From NCBI RefSeq assembly GCF_009914755.1, contig NC_060928.1: DNA of 64,000 nt; one strand, written 5' to 3'. Both the position numbers and the translations under genes were made by a program. Numbering within the stretch: the first letter of the stretch is position 1; each line of letters opens with the position of its first letter. Shown here one piece after another: positions 43,089 through 56,045 of the stretch. This DNA comes from the human T2T-CHM13v2.0 reference genome, Homo sapiens. The notes beneath the pieces were generated by a model. That model saw nothing but the letters and a program-made list of their open reading frames with translations, made no database searches and had not been told where the DNA came from.

Positions 43089-43344
43089 TTGCAGCCTGGA
43101 AAACAGCTAGGACTTGGAATTTAATTCTCAGTGTTGTAACTCAGTGTTGAGTCTTTGGGGCTTTATCCTTTCGGGCTTAACAATAGTACTCTAAGGACCA
43201 GCAGTTGGTATTGGGAGACACCTTATAAAGGTAGCAAGAGGTCTGCTGTTTACACAGACAACTTTTTCTTCCTCAAGAAGGTGACTATTCTTCTGCTAGA
43301 TCTAAGACCCAGAAGCATTACAGAAGCAAACAAAACTGAACAAA

Positions 43345-43837
43345 ACATCAGCAGGCTGCAAATTTTCCAAATTTTTATGCCCTGCTCCCTCTTGAATGCT
43401 TTGCCTCTCAGAAATTACTTCTGCCAGATACCCCTAATCATCTCTCTCAAGGTGAAAGTTTCACATATCTCTAGGACAGGGGAAAGAACTGCCAATCTCT
43501 TTGCTAAAGCATAGCAAGAGTCACCTTTGCTCCAGTTCCAAGCAAGTTCCTCATTTCCATCTAAGACCATGTCAGCCTGGGCTTTATTGTCCATATCACT
43601 ATCAGCATTTTGGTCAAAGCCATTCAACAAATCTCTAGGAAGTTCCAAATTTTCCAACATCTTCCTATCTTCTGAGCCCTCTAAGTCTCTAGGAAGTTCC
43701 AAACTTTCCCACATTTTTCTATCTTCTTCTGAGCCCTCCAAATTGTTCCAACCTCTGCCTATTACCCAGTTAAAAAGTTGCTTCCCCATTTTCAGGTATC
43801 TTTACAGCAGCACCCCACTCTACCAGTACCAATTTAC
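43345..43837 (-). mobile_element. THE1 internal sequence (5' part), truncated
   Basis: ORF 43415-43789 (GRGWNNLEGSEEDRKMWESLELPRD...WSKGDSCYALAKRLA) is a MaLR internal ORF remnant; abuts the LTR. Confidence 0.9.
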
Positions 43838-44192
43838 TGTACTCGTCTGTTCTCATGCTGCTAACAAAGACATATTCATGACTGGGTAATTTATAAAGGA
43901 AAGAGGTTTAATGGACTCACAGTTCCACATGGCTGGGGAGGCCACACAGTCATGGCTAAAGGCAAACGAGGAACAAATTCATGTCTTACATGGCAGCAGG
44001 CAAGAGAGCTGTGCAGGGGAACTCCCACTTATAAAACCATCAGATCTCATGAGACTTATTCACTACCATGAGAACAGTATGGGGGGAACTGCCCCCCGTG
44101 ATTCAATTATCTCCACCTGCCCCGCCCTTGACACATGGGGATTATTACAATTCAAGGTGTGATTTGGGTGGGGACACAGCCAAACCATATCA
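43838..44192 (-). mobile_element. THE1C-like LTR (5' LTR of the truncated element)
   Basis: tgt...ggggacacagccaaaccatatca. Confidence 0.92.
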
Positions 44193-44329
44193 GTATGCCA
44201 CCGCAAAGCAGACATGCATCCATAGCAATTTTTGTCACTTGATTAGATCCAGTTCTGTCCCTGAAAAATGACTCTTTATGGCCCCAGATTTAACTCCACT
44301 GAAGGCAGTACATCTTAATGGCCAAGACT

Positions 44330-44525
44330 GAAGGCTTCATGATTTGCAAACTGTGCGATGCTTGGCAGATGAGAATTTCTCTGAGCCTTCATGTCTTCAT
44401 CTGTTACTTGGGTATTTTTTTTATAGTACTTATTGTGAGACTTACGTGTTGTGAGGTTGTTGTGAGACTTAAGTGAGATAATACATATAAAATCAGTAAT
44501 TTTTAAATATGCTAGTTATTACTTC
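44330..44525 (+). mobile_element. MIR SINE
   Basis: ctgtgcgatgcttggc...tctctgagcct...cttcatctgt...ttgtgagacttaagtgagataata. Confidence 0.65.
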
Positions 44526-46809
44526 TAGAATGGGCTATTAAGTATATTGCATATAAAAATCTTAAACACTGCCTGGGATACCACAAATCCTCCATGGATG
44601 TGCACTCCAATTACTATTTTACATGTGTTTCTGCTCTGTAATATGTAGTGTGAAGACTTTAAAGATGTAGGGTCTAGCAAAGTGCTATACGTGCTTAGAA
44701 AATTTATACTCTACACACAAAATGTATACTTTTTCCTTCCTATGTTCTCATTTACATAAAAGATTTGAAAATGTCAGCACCCTTCTTGCAGTTGGAGAGA
44801 AAGGGATGAAATAATGCTGAAGGTCCAAGTGGAGTTTAAATCTTAAAATAAAACAAACATAGATTGATTTGGATTAGATAGGGCACAAAATAGGTGCAAA
44901 AGCTGTAATTTAGTTAAGTTTTCCAGCAGGTTTAAAGCATGCTCAGGGCAGCAAGGGATTCTGTAATGGTCTCTTTTGTTATGAAAAGCGTGCAAAATGT
45001 AAAATCAGATGTCATGGTGCTCTCATTGCTGGGAGGATAGTATCCAATTATCCTCATCCATTACTAGTAGGCTATGGTAAAACATTACTGGATGGTTGCT
45101 TGCAAAGTCCAAAGTGACAGTCCTGTCACAGAGTCATATCTTACCTGTCCCTCCAGCAGGCACTGAAATATTGAAAGAAATCAAAAGGAGTTGAATATTT
45201 TCAGAAGACTTTTTGGAAGTGATATATATTGTAAGGAAAACAATGGGTTCATTAGATGTCAGGATCATTCGTCATGTTAAAATGTCTTCTAAAGCCTCCT
45301 ATCTGCCCCTACCTAATTTTCTTGGAATCTGTCTTTTATGGTTTCTCTTGAATCCTTTCTCTTTCTTAGATAGATTTGGATTATGTCAAGTTTTTAAGAC
45401 AGTCTGGAAAGGAGCAAGGTGGAGATCAATGTAAAAATAATACTTTCTAAATAATGGAGAATTACTTGAAATTAAACCATAAACTCATGTCTTGAAGTCT
45501 GTGGCCAAGGGCTTGCTCTTAGGTTAGTGGCTTTACACTCTGTGTCTCCTTCTTTGCGTATCTGACCCAAGATTTCACAGAATTTTATAACTTAACTATT
45601 CGACCTCAACTACCAACCTCCTCAGTTAGCAGACTGATTTTTCCTAGGTGCTTGCTATTTTAGGCTATTACTCCTACTAATACAAATGCTCCACCTTTAC
45701 TAAGTGATAGAATGCAAACTATTTTTTACTGACACCCATATGCCACAGCTGGCTAACAGCTGCTTTTCACCTTTTGAAATATGAGGTTCAGTCTTTTGGT
45801 GATGGTTGCATTACAGACATTGTCTAAAATGACTGTCAGAATACACTCTTCTGAATTCCCTGCTGCCCTACCCCATCGACTGACTACTTTGGCAATATCT
45901 TAAAAAAAAAAAAAGACCTCAGATTACTAGTGCCTCTTGGGCAAAACTTTTATATCCCCTATATGCTCCTTTTCAAAATAAAAACTATTTTCCTCATTAG
46001 TTCTTTGTAGCTCTCTGTAAAATTATCTTCACTCCATATCCCAACTTCGTACAGTCAAAGAACAAATAGACCACATACCTTAACTATTTAATTAGAATGG
46101 TGTGATTTCAGTTTTCATATTTAATGTGCTGCTTAGCTCTGTTGAGCTAAAAGCCACAGCCATAAATTAGCAGCTTCGTTTTGTTTTGTAATTAAAATAT
46201 CCCAGTAGATTTCAGCAAAAGGCAGTGCTACACTTACTGACTAGTTTAACTGAGCAGGACATGTTCTGTATGAAATAATGAGTCTTTATAGGAAATTCTT
46301 TTTAAAAAAATGGGATTAGTCAATGATGCTAATCAGGGCAAAAGAAAACAAGTATGGATCACTGAAAGCCAGAGATCATCCACGCATTCTGCCTTCGGTA
46401 AATAGCATCTTTTTTTGTTTCTTTAACTGAGCATTGACTGTAGCAGAGTGGCTAATGGCATAATTAAGAGAGCTGATTGGATTTTTTCATCTTGTCTTTT
46501 CCGTTATTTGATAAAAGGAACATTGGAGAGAAAAATCACCAGCAGAAGGAGGGAGCAAAGAAATGTTCCCAGAACTGACTGTTTCTTATTTATACCAGTA
46601 TCATCCTGGGGTAGCTGGCAAAGGAGACTTGCTCACCAGAAGCATCTCAGGAAACTGCCCTGTAGCTTGAGGTAGGTTTAATTTTTTAGCTGTTGCAAGA
46701 GGAAAGCCACACATGATCCTCCAATCTAATGGTTCCCACCAGTGAGTTCTACCTGTAGACTGATATCTTCGTTGTACTGAGGATCTATACGACCAGTCTC
46801 TGAATAGGT

Positions 46810-48228
46810 ATGATAGATTGCGTTTTTCAAAAAGACCAAGGCAATATTTCCAGTCACACATGATCTGCCACTAGATCAAATTTTGGGTCACAGAATACGC
46901 TTTAGCAATTTAAAAATAATGGGAATCATACAATGTTTGATCTTAGACCACAATTGAATTGAACTAGATATCAATAATAGACAGATAACTGGAAAATCCC
47001 AGAATGGTTGGAGATTAAAAATTATACTTCTAAATAACAAGTGGTTAAAGAAAAAATCTGAAAAATAATTAAAATACATTTTGAACTAAATGAAAATGAA
47101 AATACAATGTATCAACATTTTCATGCTGTATCAAAAGCAGTAATTAGAAGGAAATTTATAGCATTGAATGCAAATATTAGAAAAAGAAAGGTTTAAAAGC
47201 AACAATCTAAATCAAGATGTCCTTGAATAGGTGAATGGAAAAACTAACTGCGGTGCATCAACTCTATGAAATATTGCTCAGCAATAAAAAGAAATTAGTT
47301 ATTAAGCCATGAAAAGACATGGAGAAAAACTAAATGTGTATGAAGTGAAAGCAGCCAATCCAAAAACCCTACATACTATGTGATTCTAATTATATGACAT
47401 TAAAAAATGACAAAACAATGGACACAGTAAAAAAATCAGTGGTTGCCAGTGGTTTAGCAAAAGGATGACTAGGTGGGGCACAAGAGGTTTTTACAGTGGT
47501 GAAACTAATCTGTATGATACTGTAATGACAAATACATGTCATCATGCGTTTTAAAAAACTCGTAAGATGTATAAGACAGAGTGAATGCTAATATAAACTA
47601 TGGAACTTAGTTAATAATAACGCATCAATACTGGCTCATCAGTGATAAGAAATGTACCACATGAATGCAATAGGATAATAATAAGGGGAAACAGTGGGGA
47701 GGGAGGCAGTGGTAAAGGGAATCTATGGAAACTCTCTATACTTCCCATTACATTTTCCTGTAAACCTAAAAGTTCTCCAAAAAATAAAAAGTCTATTAAA
47801 TATAAATAAAAAGAGGTGGGGTCTATTTTCTCTCCCTTTGAACCTGGCTAGTCTTGTGACCAATCTGATTGATATAGTACAGCAGAAGTGACACTTTGCT
47901 TTCTATGATATGTATTCGATCTGGCTATGTCTTTCTGTGACATGCCCCCTTGGGACTCAGCCCTATGAGGAAGCATAGGAAACCTTGGGACATCATATAA
48001 AAGTGTTCGGGCCAATGGCTCCAGCTAATGTCTCTGCCTACTGCCAAAATCACCTATTTGAGACAACCTTTGAGACTTAGCAGGCCTTAGACATCATGGA
48101 ACAGATACAATTCATTCCTGCTGTGCCAGTAGGAATTCCTGACCCACAGAATCCATGAACACAAAAATATTTGTTTTATGCACTGAGTTTTGGAATAATT
48201 TGTTTTGCAGCTTTAATAATCTGAACAA
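46810..48228 (+). mobile_element. MLT1G/H-like LTR split by an L1MC insertion
   Basis: 5' piece at 46810-46870. Resumes at aagaggtggggtctatttt...aattcctgacccacagaatccatga...aatctgaaca. Confidence 0.7.
46871..47810 (+). mobile_element. L1MC1/2-like element with large internal deletion
   Basis: Early-ORF2-like segment (~46888-47210) is joined to the 3' end (caagatgtcctt...aagccatgaaaagacatgg). Confidence 0.8.
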
Positions 48229-48499
48229 TAGGTATTAGCTGGCTGCTTCTTAAACTGGCCTAATTAGACTCAGCATATGTCCCCATATTATTTGTAACAT
48301 GGAATGCAGAAATCAAACAAACATAAAACAAACCATAATTCTTTTTCTCTCCTCTAACTGGAAAATCAGATATACTTTCTCCTCTCTTTTCAGTTATGGC
48401 TTCTGTGTTTTGTATCATGCTTTTAAAGACTTTGCCCATGCTGAGATTAATAAATTTAGTTTCATAAAATTGTCAAATTTCTGCAAGGCAAATTCAAAA

Positions 48500-49900
48500 G
48501 ACAGATTATTAATGGAAGGGGAAAATATGCAACTTACTTCACAGAAGGCTAATTTCTTTGATTTATAATGCTACTACAAATCAATAAGAAACAATAACAA
48601 CCCAATAGAAAAACTAGTGTTTTAGTCTATTTTCTGTTGGCATAACTAAATATCTGAGACTGAGTACTTTTTAAAGAAATTTATTTCTTACAGTTCTAAA
48701 GGCAAGGAAATCCAAGGTCAAAGAGCTGCATGTGGTGTGGGCCTTCTTGCTGGTGAGGAATCTGCAGATTCCTGAGGCAGCCCAGGACATTACATGGCAA
48801 GGCGGGCTCACAAGAGATGGCCAGACCCACTCTCATGATGACTAAGCCACTCTCTCAATAACCGATTAATCTGTTAATCCCTGAATGTATTAATCTATTC
48901 ATGAGAGCAGAGCCCTCATGACTAAATTACCTCTTAAAGGCCTTACCTGTTAATACTGTTACACTGGGGATTAAGTTTCAACATGAGTTTTGAAGCGGAC
49001 AAATATTCAAATCATAGCAATCGGTAATACAGATGTCCAGAGAATGCAAAGAAAATAGGGATTGTTCTTAAACATGTGAAAGAGACCTAATCTCACTCAT
49101 AATAAAAAAATGCAAATTAAAGCAGGACACTGAGATTTCACTTTTTTCCCACATCAGATTGATAAAGATCAAAAGTTTGATAACTTAACTAGGTTGGTGA
49201 GGGTGTGCAGAAATAAGCATTTTTATGCTTTGCAGTGTAGTGCAGATTAGAAAAATTTTACACATGTATATGTATATACACACATACATACGTATGATGC
49301 ATGTATAGTACTATTCATCATGGCATTGTTTATAATGGCAAAAGATTGAGAAAAACCAAAATATTTTTCAATCAGGCTTTGGTTATATAAATAATGGTAT
49401 ATTCCTCTCACGGAATAGTGTATAGCCAAATTTAAAAACAAATCAGAAAGTTCTTTACATACTAATCAAGTAATATGTAAAATATTAAAATATAAAGTAA
49501 AAAAGCAAGCTATAAAATCATGTTTTGGTTTTTATAATTTTGTGTGAAAAATATTTTTAATGTATATGTAATATATAAAATACATATATGTATATGTATG
49601 GTGTATGTTTATTTAAATATATGTATTTATATATACATTTAAATATTTTTAAATATGTGTGTGTATATATGTACATATACATGTATGTATTTTTATATAC
49701 TTGGTAGTTGTTTACACACTCGTGAAATCTCTGGAAGAATGTACAAGAGAACTGTTAACATTGGTTGCATCTGGAGAGAAGAGCTGAATAATTGGGAAAA
49801 AAGTTGGAAAATAATTTTCACTGTTTCACCTCTTTGTAACTTTTATATCATAGGAAAGTAGTATCTATTTTAAAATAAGTAAAATAAAGTGTTAGAAAAA
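48500..49900 (+). mobile_element. L1ME-like 3' relic interrupted by MSTC and a TA/TG-rich tract
   Basis: ctacaaatcaataagaaa...cccaatagaaaaa; ctcactcataataaaaaaatgcaaattaaa; ggcattgtttataatggcaaaa. Confidence 0.65.
48618..49019 (-). mobile_element. MSTC-like MaLR solo LTR
   Basis: tttatttcttacagttct...tccaaggtc...ggggattaagtttcaacatgagttttg...aatcatagca. Confidence 0.85.
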
Positions 49901-49972
49901 CAATAATTCTAAAATCAGCTATATTATAATAAGTTTCATTGTGTATTTGCACCTCTCTGTCAGACTAGGAGC

Positions 49973-50044
49973 ATCTGCAATATACTCCTTATCTGTGATA
50001 TACTCCTTATCTGCGATATACTGCTTATCTGCAATATACTCCTT
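49973..50044. repeat. 18-bp minisatellite x4 (atctgYRatatactSctt) within an L2 3' end
   Basis: Units start at 49973, 49991, 50009 and 50027. Confidence 0.95.
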
Positions 50045-51055
50045 TCACAGCTCTGGTGCCTGCCTACAATGGTGCTTAGCACAGAGCCACACTCACGCAT
50101 TTCTGGAAGGAATGCAAGGCACGCTGTGGTAAGCAGGATGACACAGCCACAGTCCACTCTGCTAAAGGGATGCCGGGTCCTTGAAGAAGAAATTCTGCAT
50201 TGCATTGGAAGGCTTCTGGGAAGACCTATGGTTTAACTTGGTCCATCACACAAAGAAAGAAAAGATACATGCAGTGTTTTGGAGGGAGCAAGAGGGTACT
50301 ACAGAAACAAGAGGAAAGGAGGTCTTCTGGAAACTTGAGTCAACTGTGGTGCTGAGTAGGCTTATTATTAATGGAAGGAATGAGAGTGTGCAGTGAGAAG
50401 AAAAAATCAAGGATGGTCTTTGTTTTGTCAGTTTGAACAGGAAACACCAGTTGTTTATTTAGTTAGTGCAAAGGCCCTGGCAGTCACAAAAAAGCTTGAT
50501 GTGGTTTAAATGATTGATAACTAATTGAATCAGGTGGTTGATGCCTACTATAATTCTTTATCACTTTGCTAACCAAGCCACCATATGTGGCTTGTGTGAC
50601 AGATGCTAGATGCTTGGAATGGGGAAATGTAATTCGAAGAAACAATTTTTTAATGCTATAGTGCAGATTTAAAAGCCATTCTGTCAGCCCCTGAAGATGA
50701 AAAATGGATATATTCATCTGGTATTTTTAAATTGATGAATTTGGTTTACATTTACATTTTAAAAACACATCTTTCATATACACACAGATTAGCATTCCTA
50801 ATATTGACATCTGGTGTTTATATAGTGCAGACAATCCCCACCTTACAGTTGTCACCCAAAAATTCATTTGGGAGTATGTTATTTTCCCATAGAAATAATG
50901 TTGTTAATGATGCCCTGATTATCAGGCCAGTTTACAGAAATTAATTTAAGCATCATGTACCTAAATTTCATATGGAGCATTCTTTTAACTCTATATCACT
51001 ATTATTCACCATTATCTCTGTGTGTGAGAAAATACGCTGCGACGACACTAAGTTA

Positions 51056-51314
51056 GAGTGCAGTGGCGTGATCTCGGCTCACTGCAACCTCGGCCTCCTT
51101 GGTTCTCAACGATTCTCCTGCTTCAGCCTCCCGAGTAGCTGGGACTACAGGCATGCACCACCATGCCCAGCTAATTTTTTTTTTTTTTGTATTTTTAGTA
51201 GAGACGGGGTTTCACCATGTTGGCCAGGATGGTCTCAATCTCTTGAACTCGTGATCCACCTACCTTGGCCTCCTGAAGGGCTGGGATTACAGGCATGAGC
51301 CACTGTCCCTGGCC
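51056..51314 (-). mobile_element. AluSc-like element lacking its 3' end and tail
   Basis: Starts at gagtgcagtggcg with no poly(T); ttggccaggatggtctcaatctcttga; ends ggcc. Confidence 0.93.
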
Positions 51315-51419
51315 CAAGGAGCAAGTTCTTAATCCTTTGTTGTTTCTACCTTTCTGCTCCTGCACATTAAATATTGTAATTTAGATACATTATACTCCAG
51401 ATGTTCACGGATGAGTAAT

Positions 51420-52030
51420 AAAAGACAGTTGCCCATGGGCTTTGACACCAGAAAACTTTTGGGCACAAATCCAACTTCTGCCACTGACCCACTACATTTT
51501 TCGATGTTAGGCAACTGCTTTGAAGCTCAGGTGCTTTATCTGTATAATGGGAATAAATCTACCTACTTTACTAGTCTTTCTGCACATTAAATGTTCCAAG
51601 ATACACATAAAGTAGAGGCAGATAGTATTAAGATGTGGATGCCCCACTTAGGGTGCAAGGGTTCAAATATTTGACCTATGTGGTTCTACATGGTTGACCT
51701 TGGGCTGGTAATTTAACCTAGTGGCACTCAAACTTTGCTGCATGTTAGAATCACCTGGCAAGACTTTAAAATTCCTGCTGCACAGTCTCTACTACACATC
51801 AGTTAAATAAAATAATTCTGGGAGTAATACTCAGACACAGGAATTTTTACATCACCCTTGACAAGTGATCAAAGTCTACAGCCAAGTTTTGACTTCTGTT
51901 CATTAACTGTAAAATGGGAGAATTTATAGTTTCCATCTCTCCATGGAGTTAAAGGATTGAAAGCAATAATAATGCAAGTAAAGCATTTATGAAAGTGCCT
52001 GGCACATTCTAAGCACCTGATGCAGTTTTG
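51420..52030 (+). mobile_element. Two MIR relics, the second split by a MER5A-like MITE (~51720-51880)
   Basis: tctgtataatgggaataa; ctgcatgttagaatcacctgg; ctgtaaaatggg...aaagtgcctggcacat. Confidence 0.65.
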
Positions 52031-53934
52031 CTCTAATTCTCTAGAATATAACAGTAAAATTATCCAACATATCTCTGCTTTTTAGAAAATTCAATGATTG
52101 TCTACTGCTGCAGTTCTCTTCTGGACTTCATTTGTATTCTCTGTGCCCTGGATCATTTGTCACAGTTTTCCTGTATAATAAAATTGTATTATGTGTGTAA
52201 AAAACGGACACCTGGCTTCTAAAACCAGATCTACCCCTAAAAGGCCTTGTGATATTGGGCAAGGTTTTGAGTTTGTCTGTGACAGTTTCCTCTTTGTGTT
52301 AAGTTCACCAAATGCTTGTATCCTTGAAGGGAAAGAAAGACATTGTCAGGCTCAAGGAGCCAGGATAAATAAATATCCAGGACCCTATGACCCTCCTAGC
52401 CTTTCGTGGCAGTGATTTCTGTTGTTCCCTGGAGGGAGAATGAAAAGACAGGAAAATAAACCATTTTTTCCATCTACTGCTTATCTTCTCCTATTCCAAG
52501 ATTGAAGGAATGGGGATAAATTAAGTTTGCTCCTCATTTTTTAACATTAAAAATAAGTTAGGATCAGCAGAACTAGATGAGATACTAGAAATCATATAAT
52601 TCAATGCCTTTGCTTTGCTGAAGAGGTAAAAGATTACCTGAGCTCATACAAGTAGTTGATAGCAGAGCCAGGACTAAAACTCAAAATTTCTTAGTCCCTT
52701 ACCCAAAAGCTAACTTTTTCTTTCCATTTTACTACTGGAAAAAGATCATAGAAACAAACAACAAACACAACCCAAACGTTATCCAAAACATAAAGCCAAC
52801 ATGTCCTTCTGCTAAGAGGATTAACTTTATATATATCCATTGAACAAGGTATTTTACATTAGTCAATAGTAGTCAACCCAAACCCAACTTTATTTCATTT
52901 TGTTTGATAACACAGCATGGGTGAATGAGGGTTGGGTTAATGCATTTCCTAAGGCCAAACAACTAGAGAGCTCTCTATATAACTAACTATTTATTTATAT
53001 TTATATTGAATGTATATATAGGCATTCACCTGGTGGAACAATTTTGAGAGTATGATGTCATTTACAGGCTCTTCTAGAAAGTAAGTTTTGTGATGAAATG
53101 GTTGGACATTGGTTATCACTTTACTTCTGTCAGATTTTAACATTAAGGCCTCTATTGGGAAGCTTGCATTAACACCAATCGATTCTCAGTCTGTGTATAA
53201 TGAACATAATAAACTTTCACCAGACATTCAAAGATGTGATGGTCTTTGATCCATATTTCCCAACTATCTTTAACCAGATACCTCCTCCCTTTTTATATTT
53301 AGTCTACTATACAATGTCTCTAATAAAGATTAATCATCAGGTTGGCATCCTCAGAGCCTTGTCTCTCAGAGAACATTTGGAATAAAACTTTGACATGTAC
53401 TTATAACCTATTTGAGAAGTTGTTTTTAACATATTCCTTATCACTGGGCAACCAGGTGGTTCCACCAGCGGCCCACTTTTCCTGTTTCAGAGGATTGAGC
53501 TCCAAGTCAGAGATTAAACATGAGTATTTGTCCAGCCTCTCATCAGCATTTAATCTAGGAGAGGTTTAAATGGAGTTTTTCAAGTCATGTGCTTTCCAGT
53601 TAATTAACTTTGTTGAAACCTGATTTATTAGACAGACATTTCTGAGAATTAAGTGTTTTCTTCCCAAGCTTCAGCTGCAGGAGAGGCCCTGAGTCTCCTG
53701 CCACAAAAGCCCTCAGTTGTTCATAATTATAATTCACAATCATTCTTTTGTGATTTTTTTCTAATATTTTCATTGAGAAACTCAGAACAGGCAAAAGGTG
53801 AGAAAATTAAACATGGAGACTGGTAAGGAATAAGAAGCTAAAAGCTTAAGGACATTGGTTGGTTTATAGACCCTCCTTGAAAACAGTACCTTTTTGTCCC
53901 CCATCCCCCATACTCTCTCCCCTCTCAGACTTGC

Positions 53935-54270
53935 TTCCTTCCATCTTTCATTCAACAGATATTTGTTTGTTGCCTTTTACAGGCTTGGCAATGGACTAGG
54001 CACTACAAGGCAGCAATGAATGAAATGGATTGGTCTCCACCTCCATGGAACATTCTGCCTGGTAGGAAGACAGGCACTGAACAAGTAATTACATTTACAA
54101 AAGAAGCATAGAACAGAAGCAGCACAGCCTAGAATTAAAATTCAGGGCAGGTCTGCCTGAGAAAGGGATTTTTAAGTAAGAGACATGATGATTGAGAGGG
54201 ACATAAATGGTTAGAGAGCAAGGAATGAAGCATCTGGTCACACAAGAGACTCAGAAAGTTAACCATGAAA
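53935..54270 (-). mobile_element. L2 relic
   Basis: ttcattcaacagatatttg...tggtctccacctccatgga...gaagacaggcactgaacaagtaatt. Confidence 0.65.
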
Positions 54271-55112
54271 TGTCATAGTCCAGGTGAAAAAAAAGCAAAT
54301 AATAGAGCCATAGAGCAGCAATGAGCTGTCTGTGTGCTTCTTATTCTTGATCTCAAAAACATATGGCCACTCCGATATAGATTTTCTGTATATGACCTAC
54401 TTGGAAACTCTGAACTAGAGAGTAGGTTTGTGATATTCTAACACTACAGCTTATTCCTTTTGATAAAAGCATTCTTTTCTGGAGCAGTGTTAAAATACAT
54501 TGTCTTAAGATAAATAGCTTAGATTATAATTTACTGCTGAATAGAGAAAATTATATCTAAAACTACAAATGTAAGGGTCGAAAAGAAAGGAATCACTCAC
54601 TCAGGGCACCCGTTGAATGGCTATAGGAAGGTTAAAACTGTATGGAATTTGATAAAATAAGGATTACTAGAATTTTTGTTTTTATTTTGAAAAATGCTGT
54701 AAAATATGAAAAACACATAGAATATTCAAAGAAATATCATATACCACTACCCAGAACTATTACTATGTTGTCATATTTGACAACATTTTAAAATTAAATA
54801 AATTACGTATTACAAATTGAACATGAGATTTGTATCTAAGAAAGTACAGCAAGTTAAGAATCAGAGTTAAGGTTGAGCCTCAGAAGTTGAAAAGTGGAGT
54901 TCCTGATGCTGGGGAGACCTTGTCAATGCAAGATAAAGAAGAGAAGAAGGATTACAGAAAATAAAGTAGATATTTATGAGCAAGATTGGGAGTTATAAAC
55001 CCAAATGCTCTCAGAAGCTAGAAAGGTCAAGTAGGTAAGTGAAGCTGGCTTGATGTAAGATGACACCGACAGGGAGGGTTGTGGCAAAGTTCAGATTATG
55101 TGGCCCTCCTAG

Positions 55113-55212
55113 AGAAGAGGGAGGAGGAGGAGGAGAAGGAAGAGGAAGAAGAAGAGGAAGAGGAAAAGAAAGAGGAAGAGAATAAAGAAGAGGAAGAAGG
55201 GGAGGAGAAGAA
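55113..55212. repeat. (GAG/GAA)n polypurine tract
   Basis: About 100 nt almost purely G/A. Confidence 0.9.
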
Positions 55213-55809
55213 AGCAGGAGATACAAAAACAAAACAGCCTGATGCAGAGTTTAGTTCTTGATGTCTTGTTTGTGATCTCTGATCAAGACAGAGAATGGAG
55301 GAAAGTGGAAGAAGGTGGGCACAAGCAGAAGCTGCAGGCAGGGTGCTAATGGCAGTCCTGATTCATGCACGCCCCAGGCTGGCTCTCTTTGCATCCTTAT
55401 CTGAGCTTAAAGACCAGATACCATGAGAAGAATCTGAGTTGTCATCAGACAGTGGCGTCTTGGTTGGTGTGGCTCTTTCAGGTCACTGACCATGCTACTT
55501 CTACCTGAGAACCGGGCCTTCCAGGAATGGGTCAACAGCATCATTAAACTGTGAAGGTCAAGAAAAATGTTCAAAGTCCAGAGAATTACCAAAGAAGGGA
55601 AAATCTGAAAAGTTTCTTATTGGTAGGATTAGGGATAACCTGCAGTGCTGGCTTACTAGATATCTGAAAATGTGGACCAGGAAGGAGAAGGAAGGAGAGA
55701 AGCAGAGGAAAGAGGTGAAGGACAGGAAAGGCAGAAAGAACTAACCCAAATGTGAAAGGGATCCCAAAGCAAAGTTCTGCTCTTTAACATTACCTAAGCT
55801 ATGGGTCTT

Positions 55810-56045
55810 TGTGAAGAAAGATCACTGGACATTTTGTCAAAATGCCTGGGCTTGTATTCTGGGCCCTGCTGCTACTAAGATATGTGTTCTTGAGCTAATT
55901 ACTTCAACTCTCTGAGACTCAGTTTTTCCTTTTACCTAAAAGTGGCATAATAAACATCTCATGGATTTCATGAAAATCCATTAATACAATGTATATGAAA
56001 TAGTCTATAAATAGTATCATGTTATAAAAGAATGTAGTATCATTA
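55810..56045 (+). mobile_element. MIR SINE
   Basis: tgtgttcttgagctaattacttcaactctctgagactcagttt. Confidence 0.7.

Noticed and set aside
49973-50044. CRISPR-like array
   Set aside because: Head-to-tail units with no spacers, in a mammalian genome.
50972-51298. 108-aa ORF, and ORFs at 23744, 57477 and 61561
   Set aside because: Antisense Alu-derived frames.
55079-55261. Poly-Glu ORF
   Set aside because: Translation of a GAG/GAA simple repeat.
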